DNA of 64,000 nucleotides from a virus (taxonomy: Duplodnaviria; Caudoviricetes): the IMG/VR virus record IMGVR_UViG_3300037484_000333, positions 1 through 64,000 of that record. One strand, 5' to 3'. This document shows, in pieces, positions 10,101 to 18,110 of the stretch. Both the position numbers and the translations under genes were made by a program. Under the pieces are notes generated by a model. The model was not told the origin of the DNA and ran no database searches. It was given only the letters and a program-made list of their open reading frames with translations. Every line of letters starts with the position of its first letter. Within the stretch, counting starts at the first letter, position 1.

Positions 10101-12690
10101 AACCTTTAGGGTGGCTGGTGATATAGAGTGGGGAGACTTCTTTGATACCCAGGAACAGCTGGTTACTAACATGCCTCCAGGTGTTCAAGACCAAATCCTC
10201 AAGTTCATTAGAGACCCTGATAAGGTACCACCTGAGAAGGCTATCCAGGATGTGTATAACAGGCGTGTCCTTAGCCCGTACTATGACGCTAGGAACGCTG
10301 CAGTTGAGGGTATAGAAGACCCCGCTGAAGTGCAGGCTGCTATTGATAAGTTTGATAAAGAGTATGCCATGCCCACTACTGAGGAGTTTGTCCAGTGGGT
10401 ATTGGATGATTACAACACCGCTTACTGGTTGAATGACATACTGCCACACGTGTATACCAAGGAACAGATTGAGAATGCTATGGTTGGACTTGACCACCCA
10501 GCTAAACACCAAGCGTTCAGTTGGGAGAACAAGATGGAAGTTCTTAAAGCCGATCCAACCAAGACTTTCAGGGCACCTAGTGGAGTTACGGTTGACCAGT
10601 TCAACGTTGGGCTCTTTCAGAAGGAACTCGACCAGCGTGATCAGTATATAGTTTTTAAGGAGATGGAACAACGTGGTGAAGCTGTCAATATGCGAGACCA
10701 TGCCTACCCCTATGACGGTCAGTTCTTCAGTAAGGGACAGAAGGCGACTGAAGACTATCAGATAGTTGCCAAGCTCATCAATGAGAGAGACTCCATACTT
10801 AGGATAGCACCCAGACTAGCCGATGGTAGCATTGACCCAGCTTGGTTAGGACTACGGAGAGAAGACGGTATGACGTGGGCTGGCAAGCTGACTAAGCTTG
10901 ACTCTGATATAGCCAAGTACACGGAGGTACTTGGGGCAGATACTGAAGCAGCCCTCGGTGTTGGTGGAGGTACTGGCACAGCATTCACAGGCCCCACACC
11001 TGGTATAGCCCAAGTATCCAAGGTAGCACCAGTAACTTATAAGACCCTTACAGACTTCTACGTTATGGGTGGAAGGGACTTCCTTGGTGACCTTAGCAAG
11101 CTGTGGCAAGGTCAGAAGACTATCAGTGAGAACGATATGGTGCCACTAATCAGCCTGTATAATAACTTCTCGTTTGGAGCCACATCGTTTGACCAGTGGA
11201 TCAACGTGACTCTACCTTCCATCTTCAACGCCCAATCACTGGAGATGTTGGTACTACAAGAAACAAGCGCGTTGGGCAACCTACAGAAATGGTGGGCTGG
11301 CAAGACCGCCCTAACACCCGACACACAGGCAAACCTATACGAGATATTCCAACTTACACACCCTGCAGGCGGTGACTTTGTAGCTTGGGTAACCAAGGAA
11401 CTAAAGGACCAATTCACTAGCCGAGGCAAAGAAGTGTTTGATTGGCTGGGAGGCACATCTTGGCTACCACACTATGAAGTAGCTTGGGGTGGTGGAGAAA
11501 TGTCCTCAGACGCTAGAGAGTTCGCCATCGACCTATACTCCAAGATGCCTATGGGTGCGGACACCTTCACCGAGTGGATGTATGAAACACTACCCAGGTC
11601 TCTTGGGCAGCAGGTGGTTAAAGCCACTACTGACCCTCAAACTGACACACTATACGGCATCCTCACTAGTGGGGGAGACGCCCTGTGGGACGACATCATC
11701 AACCATGTCAAGCTTGGTGAGCCCCTATCACCTACTGCTGAGAAGACCCTTTGGACCCTATACAGCCAGTTTAGTGGCAACGCCAACAGCTTCACAGATT
11801 GGCTCAGTACTACCATTCCCAACCTGGTTAAGACCAGTCCGGCAAGGGTTATAGGCCTGGTAGGTGTAGCAGACCTTGAGAACCTTGTAGACTTTTGGGC
11901 TGGATACAATACCCTCAAACCACAGGTCAACGAACGCCTGTATAAGATGTGGGCATTGATTGGGTCCACTGAAGACTATGAGAAGTGGGTCAAAGAGACC
12001 CTCTTGAAAGACTACCAGAAGAACCAAGTGCAGATATTCCTAGACTTGGGAGGGTCGGCTATGGTTGATGACTTGAGGGCTTACTGGGAGAAAGGTGCTC
12101 CACTGGCCAAACAGGTGATGGATAACCTCGATGAGCTGTGGCAGCGCACACCTATGGGTAGTGAAAGTACTGAGGACTGGATTGAGAATATCCTACCAGC
12201 AGAGTTCGGCAAGTTCTCAGGTGTCCAAATAGCTAAGCTGGACGCATGGTCTAGGTTTATGGCCTTAGGTGGTAAGGGTATTATGGGTTCTCTGGTCAAG
12301 TACTGGTACCAGGGTATCAAGCAACCTACCAATGACTATGACAAGCTGAAGAAGATATACGCACAGATGCCGCTTGGGGCTGAGACTGTTACCGAGTGGA
12401 GAAATGAAACACTGCTTTCCCTCTATGAAGGTCAGGGTAGTAGGGCTGGATCAGGTACCCGCGTTACCTGGACTAACTTCACCTTTATGGCTTCCAAGGT
12501 ACTGGGAAGAGACTACAAACCCATCATGTCAGAGCTTGTACGGTCCTTCCAGCGTGGTAAGAGACCTTCCGGTAATGTCATAAAGGCCGTTAACCGTGTT
12601 CTCAAACTTGGCATCTTCACTAAACAGTGGGGCAATACTAACGAATTCTTAGACATCCTATACGCTGCGTGGTCTAACACGCGTGGATAG
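4195..12690 (+). CDS. 2831-aa putative DNA-ejection/polyvalent virion protein
   Basis: Very large, acidic, helical ORF directly upstream of scaffold and capsid; about 7 C-terminal tandem repeats; no RNAP catalytic motif seen. Confidence 0.6.
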   Translation: MPIPGERRQFPDGRWYIFDDEAGGWVPEPVAPTSQPSADVLTPHLQPGPEYAPTGLPAATPVAPPPTLGVAPPLSLPPSLADNVPALPPALQPVQAQPYQTAPMTLEQGPSVPVTPQVSEEVPLTPQYEAPSRPFSFAGVPELSLETPEEVIQLAKDDKEFSNLLQSNLDPLFETFNEDEKMRLTASPVAFMSNMTEDDFTKFGDQANQAIWKTVQEYDNRRMEQAYAVVQFGREFMGSGLTPEEKKVQELTEFMAEAAKEPTGTADFISATTLRPDVDPILLEQIRLMGQGLREEFAGLNLPTELQEAAATEVGYKMIPQILNESEDWTGYALSEYGLKGPDGTPIAVGTLAHSMAVSQLTEMENKSRSDYFTNVVSGGMPVPKGTTPDLLLAVAYAPYEYQSEVVPSMYTKSVKIAYPELSGVPDVVLWAFLNSPTFRDASLDPRKVDQELLASRGMDLIFGMESEESRYKATLDKFGLTEKAGIDIIKLLHDPLFSSPPFPDADIDLAKGGGGLSDLMQVVTKTVGTGAEYLSGGFLGILGLTAKAAVWSSTAVTSGDPEQAAKDIRHAITNPTDTILPTLVSASNSGHLITDPMAAAFSALGAPSRYIEEGFAPHLVDKFSNQPLLDDIKSGLADESWNNLSYSWLGDQDAQRYIHERLEEDPYQDQLILQMEVMNLDKEILFGTIGDPLNFGGIFLAKGLGIVGTRASISRMLAKVTAEGGTPIEVLEAVSKIPGIPRPLKSAMVRMASGERVSPTWLAIIDEMDPRNLFRGIIRPAGIVTGESGLLELGVGKWKMRNWSNWFLGNKFKPMEHASYTRAGGELATGLAAVSEKIPGARFFKNQLNAWKRETQVMQSVAGGLINFNDPASANRFIRALTAAKTPVEATDVIVNQFRMSPYMTEDLWRVWDVVSDPRFGEMLEMKGLFKSLNPTLKLSDTAARSMGELGRRKIVNKLDWQEAFAQELGRASRQVLSPRYNIEILADGTYNVPINLRVQRMAIGALAPLVLMSPRYLIVNGANNLFMQGIVSGYLPGFKAGDYLRYMEFGAEPIGGFVSPEIVAGLQGLTPGKRGGVAGGSFIGQAAAGVERTCREMGIARETKMIYDAYRTEIALDFGRRITSSGLSPDDAARWAARYQEDPVAFRNEFPKYMSGEEIGPIPATHLGPKPPAGYPNPIDQQLATAFTRTLQNVLAGEPGAYDKAYIATGTSVDWLLNKSGLVTEPVKTYTTSLGEVEISAMLRNYVDDIEKLVDAGIDFNTAAVSIGNIASSRAAGTRFISENFAILRRAEEILHEKFPGVEIPDFSKKLATNLRKVNRGKKNLNDMVVGAIADPGKFDDYLTTMGTITDTMRTDALTHINRTYLEFTNWIDEFAPVGSANRKALKGMWSELKLTPFKDLQSTVPDGLRALFLNPGDEIAATYAVPSVLYDTAWMRQTLKNAQKMVREGTVPAAVAPEAGIKIRAALQSDLDDLVRKDSLVRREAFEGGRSITNIAMHDYMVQGQWDYWLRWFAPFQFWWTRSLSKMPLYMADRPGLWATFNRIIQSTGERGGFWWVTDEQLKENPEVGEALIRYRHKIGLPFSVNVPGMGEAQPYVNPWNWLPLSPMMRWQQDDQMGTNVGKLANMVDGYGFGMTPLLEEAMIGMGWYGEEAKRNQGLFLTNFIPAQVAEIAFKGFSGGKLIPWSTPQDFYGARLALLNDYSNDTDMTDQDFMDALAEIDKYEGQFMFGIPSFNSKFAREAWVEASNYRTLKQGLSLGTSLNVSLKFEGETNSRAAFKRMEKKIQDLRLRLGSGAIGRREYGDLLEDAFASEPMGKVYYYFRGDPDVNAGREDYYSTDEEIKKNFFSEVRGLAPGDPKIDTASSKAYEDRQAALQETLEQYNITEDQLFGTSMRWWEQTYPRILKDIVGGQATPEDLEEAAKVITWSQDLLAVQAGNFLQYGTPIETPEEVGKAMALAYWGMDEETFRVAGDIEWGDFFDTQEQLVTNMPPGVQDQILKFIRDPDKVPPEKAIQDVYNRRVLSPYYDARNAAVEGIEDPAEVQAAIDKFDKEYAMPTTEEFVQWVLDDYNTAYWLNDILPHVYTKEQIENAMVGLDHPAKHQAFSWENKMEVLKADPTKTFRAPSGVTVDQFNVGLFQKELDQRDQYIVFKEMEQRGEAVNMRDHAYPYDGQFFSKGQKATEDYQIVAKLINERDSILRIAPRLADGSIDPAWLGLRREDGMTWAGKLTKLDSDIAKYTEVLGADTEAALGVGGGTGTAFTGPTPGIAQVSKVAPVTYKTLTDFYVMGGRDFLGDLSKLWQGQKTISENDMVPLISLYNNFSFGATSFDQWINVTLPSIFNAQSLEMLVLQETSALGNLQKWWAGKTALTPDTQANLYEIFQLTHPAGGDFVAWVTKELKDQFTSRGKEVFDWLGGTSWLPHYEVAWGGGEMSSDAREFAIDLYSKMPMGADTFTEWMYETLPRSLGQQVVKATTDPQTDTLYGILTSGGDALWDDIINHVKLGEPLSPTAEKTLWTLYSQFSGNANSFTDWLSTTIPNLVKTSPARVIGLVGVADLENLVDFWAGYNTLKPQVNERLYKMWALIGSTEDYEKWVKETLLKDYQKNQVQIFLDLGGSAMVDDLRAYWEKGAPLAKQVMDNLDELWQRTPMGSESTEDWIENILPAEFGKFSGVQIAKLDAWSRFMALGGKGIMGSLVKYWYQGIKQPTNDYDKLKKIYAQMPLGAETVTEWRNETLLSLYEGQGSRAGSGTRVTWTNFTFMASKVLGRDYKPIMSELVRSFQRGKRPSGNVIKAVNRVLKLGIFTKQWGNTNEFLDILYAAWSNTRG

Positions 12691-12708
12691 TGATATAATT
12701 ATAGGTAG
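12691..12708 (+). promoter_or_regulatory. Putative late promoter (extended -10 TGaTATAAT)
   Basis: TGATATAATTATAGGTAG upstream of the scaffold SD (AAGGAGGT); near-identical motif at 63804-63821. Confidence 0.6.
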
Positions 12709-12734
12709 GACTTTAACAGTCAAGGAGGTGAATA

Positions 12735-13493
12735 ATGCCGGACCAAGAAGTTAATCCAGGCACTGATGAGGATACTGATGATACGGTCGTGGAGGTTGAC
12801 AAGTCAATCTTAAGCGATGACGGTACAGCAGTCATCCCTGAGGTCTCCGAGGAGGAGAGCGAGGTTGAGACGCTAGAAGTAGCCGAACCCTTACTTGCGC
12901 AGCTTAGAGATAAGCTCGCCAAGCAGAAGGATGGTTATGAAGGGCGTATCGGCAAGTTGCTTGAGGCCAACGACAGGCGGCTTAAGGAAGTAAAGGACGA
13001 GTACTCAGGGTACGCGTCCGACCTTCAGAACTGGGCCAAACAGCAGGTAACATCCGTCCAGGACTACTACGAGAATGTCTTGGAGAACGAGTTGTCTGCA
13101 GAACGCTTGGCTGAACACTATCGCACAATGCGCCGCAAGGAAAAGGAAGCACGCGATCAGGTTCAGCGGATAGCAGTTCAACCAGCAGCGAAGGAGCTAG
13201 AGCCGTCTAAGGAGCCAGAGAGCACAGAATCTCCTGAACTACTGGAGCGCTTATCCAAACTGGAGGCCGAACTGAATGCCACCAAGAAACTGCTGGTTGA
13301 ATCCGATAAGGAGACACACAGGGTTACTGGTGGTGGAACTGGTGGAGGCCCGAGAGGTGTTAAGCCAGTGACTGCCCGCGACGAACTGTTGCAAGACCTG
13401 CAGGCTCAAGCAGCCGAGGCCAAGCGTACAGGTAAAATGGGTGATGCGATTAGGCTGAAGGGTGAAATAGCGCTCCTTAAATCACAACGCTAA
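12735..13493 (+). CDS. Capsid scaffolding protein
   Basis: Acidic N-terminus, long coiled coil, strong SD, immediately upstream of the major capsid gene. Confidence 0.75.
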   Translation: MPDQEVNPGTDEDTDDTVVEVDKSILSDDGTAVIPEVSEEESEVETLEVAEPLLAQLRDKLAKQKDGYEGRIGKLLEANDRRLKEVKDEYSGYASDLQNWAKQQVTSVQDYYENVLENELSAERLAEHYRTMRRKEKEARDQVQRIAVQPAAKELEPSKEPESTESPELLERLSKLEAELNATKKLLVESDKETHRVTGGGTGGGPRGVKPVTARDELLQDLQAQAAEAKRTGKMGDAIRLKGEIALLKSQR

Positions 13494-13513
13494 TAAGAAA
13501 GGAGTGAAACAAC

Positions 13514-14758
13514 ATAGCACCTACAGTCCAAACATCTGCTAGAACTTCGTATGGCGCATCTCCCAGTGGAGTCGTCAAGAAGCTTAATCTGGTTGAGTTT
13601 ATCGACCTGCTTACGCCGACTGAGGTTCCTGTTCTGAGCTACCTTGGGTGGGCTAAGGAAGCTGGTCCTGCAGCTGGAGCTGACTCGCTCAGTATCCCGT
13701 GCACCCAGCAAATCCACCAGTGGCAGAACGACGAACTGGTTCCGAGTGAGAGCACTATCGCGGCTGGAGAGACTGACAACCATGCTACCACTGGTAGCAT
13801 TACCCTGTCGGTAGCTACCGGTACTGGTGTCTACTTCCGGACTGGTGATGTCGTTATCGTTGATAGCGTCACCACCACTGAGAAGCCGAACACCTACCTG
13901 GTTACTGGGGTCTCTACTGATGCCCTGACCCTCCTGTTTGTTGCAGGAACTGCTACAGGCGAAACCGCCAGTCAGGTCATCAGGAAGATCGGACAGGCTT
14001 TCCCCGAAGGGACTGACATCGCCGACACAGGTGTTGCCCTTTACCGTAGCACGTCTATCAGCCAGACTGAGAATTATCCTCAGATTTGGTATGAAGTCGC
14101 TAAGGTTACAGGCAGCCTTCTGTCTACCGAGGTCTACGGTATCTCTGACCAGCTGGGCTACCAGGTCGAGAAGAAATTCAAGGAACTGGTAATTCAGATG
14201 GAGGGAGCCTTCATCTACGGACAGCGGCACGCCACCCTTAACTCTGATCGCTACACTGCTGGAGGTCTTGCCTACTTTGTGCGGGACAACGCTACCAACG
14301 CCACTAACGGCCTTTACCTGACAGCGGCTGGTGCGGCCCTCACTGAGAGCATGTTCAATACCCTACTGGAGAACGTTTGGAAGCAGGGCGGCAAGCCCGA
14401 CACTTGTTTCGTTAACAGCACCCAGAAGCGGTACATGAACAGCTGGCTAACCCCCTACGTTCGGACAGAACGAGATAACCGCGTAGCTGGCATCTTGACT
14501 TCCCAGTACGAATCGGACTTCGGGACTATCAACATTGTGCTTGACCGCAATGTTCGACAGTCCGACCTGATCATATGCTCGAAGGACAAGCTGGGTATCG
14601 GGCCTCTCAAGGGCAACGGTAAGGACAGGAGTTTCTTCTTGGAGACTCTGCCCAAGACCGGAGACCACGAACGGGCTCAGATCATCGGTGAGTACACCTT
14701 TGAAGTTCGTAACAACACCCAGGCTCACGGCTGGTACGCATTCTTGGCTACATCTTAA
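13514..14758 (+). CDS. Major capsid protein (DUF5309/SU10-like), 414 aa, apparent ATA start
   Basis: The ORF-track call 14198..14758 is only the C-terminus. The frame is open from 13514 (in-frame TGA at 13505) with SD AAGGAG 9 nt upstream; C-terminal IIGEYTFEVRN motif; no ATG/GTG/TTG in frame before 14198. Confidence 0.85.
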   Translation: MAPTVQTSARTSYGASPSGVVKKLNLVEFIDLLTPTEVPVLSYLGWAKEAGPAAGADSLSIPCTQQIHQWQNDELVPSESTIAAGETDNHATTGSITLSVATGTGVYFRTGDVVIVDSVTTTEKPNTYLVTGVSTDALTLLFVAGTATGETASQVIRKIGQAFPEGTDIADTGVALYRSTSISQTENYPQIWYEVAKVTGSLLSTEVYGISDQLGYQVEKKFKELVIQMEGAFIYGQRHATLNSDRYTAGGLAYFVRDNATNATNGLYLTAAGAALTESMFNTLLENVWKQGGKPDTCFVNSTQKRYMNSWLTPYVRTERDNRVAGILTSQYESDFGTINIVLDRNVRQSDLIICSKDKLGIGPLKGNGKDRSFFLETLPKTGDHERAQIIGEYTFEVRNNTQAHGWYAFLATS

Positions 14759-14768
14759 TAGAGCATTC

Positions 14769-14797
14769 TGAGGGGTGGAAGTAGCCTCCACCCCTCA
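14769..14797 (+). promoter_or_regulatory. 11-bp hairpin after the capsid gene (attenuator or mRNA-stabilising stem)
   Basis: TGAGGGGTGGA / TCCACCCCTCA inverted repeat; no U-tract. Confidence 0.5.
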
Positions 14798-14811
14798 CAG
14801 TGAGGTAAAAC

Positions 14812-14898
14812 ATGGGTAAAGACGTAAGGATTATGGCCCCACCTGCTAAGGCAGATGTCGCTATCGGGCCATCCAAAGAAGAGAAGAAAGGGGGTTAG
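14812..14898 (+). CDS. 28-aa small ORF
   Basis: SD GAGGT, ATG, MGKDVRIMAPPAKADVAIGPSKEEKKGG; fills the gap after the capsid gene. Confidence 0.5.
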   Translation: MGKDVRIMAPPAKADVAIGPSKEEKKGG

Positions 14899-14901
14899 AA
14901 T

Positions 14902-15333
14902 TTGACCGTTTCAGCTAAGTGGTACACTAACGCCTTTAAGGGTGCCTTCAACAAGGAGGCTGACTTCAACGACGGCACAGCTACTGTGATGTTGCTGACC
15001 AACGCTGCGGTTATCAACCAGATTACCAACGACTTCATCAGTGACCTTGATGGTAATGAGGTGACTGGTACTGGTTATACTGCAGATGGGCAGGCTCTAG
15101 TCAATGCTGCCGTCACCAATGCCACAAACGTTGCCACGTTCGATGCAGATGACGTGACTTGGGCCAACTCCACCATTTCCGCCCAGTTCGCCATCCTGTA
15201 TATGAACACAGGTACTAATACAACCAGCCGAGTCCTCAGTTACGTGGACTTTGGAGCAACTGAAGTCAGCTCTGCTGGATCATTTACGATCACCTGGAAC
15301 GCTTCCGGTATCGCAACCATCACAGCAGCTTAG
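14902..15333 (+). CDS. Virion structural protein (beta-rich)
   Basis: FDADDVTW...AILY...YVDFG...FTITWNASGI pattern, which I recognise from phage minor structural proteins. Confidence 0.7.
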   Translation: MTVSAKWYTNAFKGAFNKEADFNDGTATVMLLTNAAVINQITNDFISDLDGNEVTGTGYTADGQALVNAAVTNATNVATFDADDVTWANSTISAQFAILYMNTGTNTTSRVLSYVDFGATEVSSAGSFTITWNASGIATITAA

Positions 15334-15342
15334 TAGTAAGGA

Positions 15343-16692
15343 GTGACAATGGACGCACAAAAGGCGGTAATAGCCGTCTGTGCATGGCGTCAAGTAGAGG
15401 TGGCTACTGCTACCTGTCTACATAAAGCTGACGAAGCGGGCTATAATGTCCACTACCATTGGAACGACGCCCTGATCTCTAGGGCGAGGTCTACTGTGGC
15501 TTCTAACTTCCTAAGGGAGTGGTCACAGTATGACCTCCTAGTATTTATCGACACAGACATTGTGTTCGACTTGGATACTTTGGAAAAGGTCTGTGACCTT
15601 GCCCTAGAGAAACAGGCAGTGGCAGTCAGCCCCTACGCCGTCAGGAAGGGAAAGCACCCCTGGCTGGCCTTCCGCCAGCTGGATGATGGTACCCCCATCA
15701 AGGTGGGACGAGGGACTAATCCTGTGCCTATAAAGTATGGAGCCACTGGATTTATGGCTATACCAAGGAGTATCTTGGAGAAGATGGCTGACACCCTTCC
15801 ATACTGTAACGATCAGACTAGTGGTGGGTTGTATCCATTCTTCCTCCCTATGACGCAAGAACAGCCTCAAGGGTACATTGAGTATCTGAGTGAGGATTGG
15901 GCTTTCTGTCAACGAGTGCAAGACTGTGGTATGGAAGTATGGTTACGCTCTGACACATCCGTAGGGCATATGGGAGTTTATGAGTTCACGTTGGCCGACG
16001 TGCTCAAGGACTCCGCTTTCCAGACTGAGAAGGATTTGGCGGCTGAGGACCTGGCAGAGTACTGGACGTTCTTAGGTAGAGACCTCCCAAACAGTTGGGA
16101 TGAAGGTGCAATACTCAAGGAGCTGTCAAACAAATGGAAAGAAGCCGACCCACAAACTCCAGAAGAGGTGGATGAGTTCTATAAGGGCCAAGATGCTTAC
16201 CTAATAGACTTGGTTAATCTCAACTCTATGGACTGGTACTGGAGAAAGGTTGGTAACATCTTAGCGCTAACCGGTGAAGTGGCAGACTTTGGAGGTGGCA
16301 ACGGGTCAGTATCTATTGCCCTAGCTAGACGAGGTTGTAAGGTTCACTATGTTGAGCTTAACAGCCCTCAGAAGGATTTCGCAGTGTGGAGGTTCATAAA
16401 GCATAAGGTACCAATTGCTGTCCATTCTGAGATCAACGGACTTAAGAACCTGGACGCTATTGCGGCAGTAGAGACTATGGAACATATACACCCTGACGCC
16501 CTACCACAATATGCCCAACAGTTCTATGATGCATTAAAACCTGGTGGGCAAGTGCGTACTGCCAGCAGCTTTGGCAAGAGTGAGGTCTCTCCAATGCACT
16601 ATGATACAGCCCAACAGTTTAAGGAAGCTATGTATACAGCAGGATTTACGGGAGGCCCATCTATTTGGGTTAAGAGACCGGAGGTGAGTTAG
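15343..16692 (+). CDS. GT-A glycosyltransferase-like domain fused to class I SAM methyltransferase
   Basis: FIDTDI (DxD) and YLSEDWAFC...VGHMG in the N-half; DFGGGNG SAM-binding motif in the C-half. Confidence 0.75.
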   Translation: MTMDAQKAVIAVCAWRQVEVATATCLHKADEAGYNVHYHWNDALISRARSTVASNFLREWSQYDLLVFIDTDIVFDLDTLEKVCDLALEKQAVAVSPYAVRKGKHPWLAFRQLDDGTPIKVGRGTNPVPIKYGATGFMAIPRSILEKMADTLPYCNDQTSGGLYPFFLPMTQEQPQGYIEYLSEDWAFCQRVQDCGMEVWLRSDTSVGHMGVYEFTLADVLKDSAFQTEKDLAAEDLAEYWTFLGRDLPNSWDEGAILKELSNKWKEADPQTPEEVDEFYKGQDAYLIDLVNLNSMDWYWRKVGNILALTGEVADFGGGNGSVSIALARRGCKVHYVELNSPQKDFAVWRFIKHKVPIAVHSEINGLKNLDAIAAVETMEHIHPDALPQYAQQFYDALKPGGQVRTASSFGKSEVSPMHYDTAQQFKEAMYTAGFTGGPSIWVKRPEVS

Positions 16693-18110
16693 TGGCTGAT
16701 GCCAATGTAATAGCAGTAGTCGGTACTGCTGACTCAGCGGCGGGTGTACCTACCGTTGGGTCTGGAACTTTATACTATGTCAGTGTGACTGAAGGGAACG
16801 ACAGTTATGACGGTACTTCACCGGTCTTTATTGATGGTACCATCGGTCCAAAACTGACTATTGCCGGTGCCGAAGCGATTGTCAAAGGAGCTGGTGATAT
16901 AGTTTATGTGGGACCTGGTACCTACTACGAAAAGGTGACACTAACCGATAGTGGGGTACTAGGTAGCCCTATTCAGTGGATTGCCGACCCGGAATGTTTA
17001 CATTGTACGGGGGACTTTCCTGGTGTTGTGAGGTGGTCTGCTGCAGATTCTGACGACACGCAGGGTACCACGCCTGCTCTCGACTTCGGTAGCGTCACCT
17101 ACGCTGAGGCGTGGGGGTTCATCTTCGACGGTACCTACAGCACAACCAAGGGCACGGTCCACCGGACGGGTGGGGCGGATTTGACCTGCAAGGTGTACGA
17201 CTGCATCGCGTCGGGCTTCAGTGGGATAAGGAACGTCTGGACGGCCCGCTGCTTAGCAATGGGAGCGACTTGTTTCGGCAGTTGCTACAGCGAAAACTGC
17301 ATCGCCCTTGGCGGGGCCTCCTATGGTTTCGGAGGGTGGGTGGACGGGTCGAGGAACAATCTGGCGATTGGGTGCTACATCGGGTTCAATCAGTCAGCCG
17401 CTTGGGCCATTACGATCTACAACTGCGTGGCCGTGGCCTGCAACATTGGCTTCTACGGCGGCGCTGCCGCTGACCAGCTGGCTGCACTCAAGTGCCACGT
17501 CTGCTATTGCCCGATAGGCTTCCAGGGCATGGTCATAACCGACTGCACCCGCGCTTTGTGCCAGGTTCCCTACACCGCGTGCACCGGCGTCACCACTGAA
17601 AGCGATGTGGTTGTCTTCCCGAACTTCGATCTCCTGAAGCGGGCGCTGGAGCCGCTGCCTACAGACAGCCTATATGAAGCTGGCAACGCTACCTACGTTC
17701 CTACCACCACCGACTTGCTCAATCGTACTAGGGTGGCTAATACTATAGACATTGGTCCCTATGAGCTGGCTTCAGTCTCCCTAGCTTGGTCAGTTGCTAG
17801 CTATTACGCAACACCGCCTAGTATCACCATGGTTGGTGTTGGGGAAAAGGTTATCCAGATTTCGGCTGAGAAGGACGTAGAGAAGACCATCAAGGTCTGG
17901 ACAAAATGTTCGACTGGAACCACCACAATGCCACAAATAATCCTTAGGGGTAAAAGTATATCTGCCCAAACCGATACTGTAGGTACCGCCAACGCGTGGG
18001 AACAGTTGACTGTTACTGCCACACCCACGATAAACGAGGTATTAGAGCTTATATTAAAAGGTCGGGAGGCGGCAAAGATTGTCTACTGGTCCGACTTCGA
18101 GGTTGTATAG
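16692..18110 (+). CDS. Beta-helix (pectin-lyase-like) tailspike/adhesin
   Basis: YYVS..GND..DG...P..TI..A...GDIVYVGPGTYYE N-terminal motif followed by Cys/Gly-rich helical rungs. Confidence 0.65.
   Translation: MADANVIAVVGTADSAAGVPTVGSGTLYYVSVTEGNDSYDGTSPVFIDGTIGPKLTIAGAEAIVKGAGDIVYVGPGTYYEKVTLTDSGVLGSPIQWIADPECLHCTGDFPGVVRWSAADSDDTQGTTPALDFGSVTYAEAWGFIFDGTYSTTKGTVHRTGGADLTCKVYDCIASGFSGIRNVWTARCLAMGATCFGSCYSENCIALGGASYGFGGWVDGSRNNLAIGCYIGFNQSAAWAITIYNCVAVACNIGFYGGAAADQLAALKCHVCYCPIGFQGMVITDCTRALCQVPYTACTGVTTESDVVVFPNFDLLKRALEPLPTDSLYEAGNATYVPTTTDLLNRTRVANTIDIGPYELASVSLAWSVASYYATPPSITMVGVGEKVIQISAEKDVEKTIKVWTKCSTGTTTMPQIILRGKSISAQTDTVGTANAWEQLTVTATPTINEVLELILKGREAAKIVYWSDFEVV

Noticed and set aside
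4195-12690. Virion RNA polymerase or tape measure protein
   Set aside because: No DxDGD-type catalytic motif; no tail tube/sheath genes or TMP-type periodicity.
13490-14230. 246-aa minus-strand ORF and 13938..14192 plus ORF
   Set aside because: Shadows of the true capsid frame 13514..14758.
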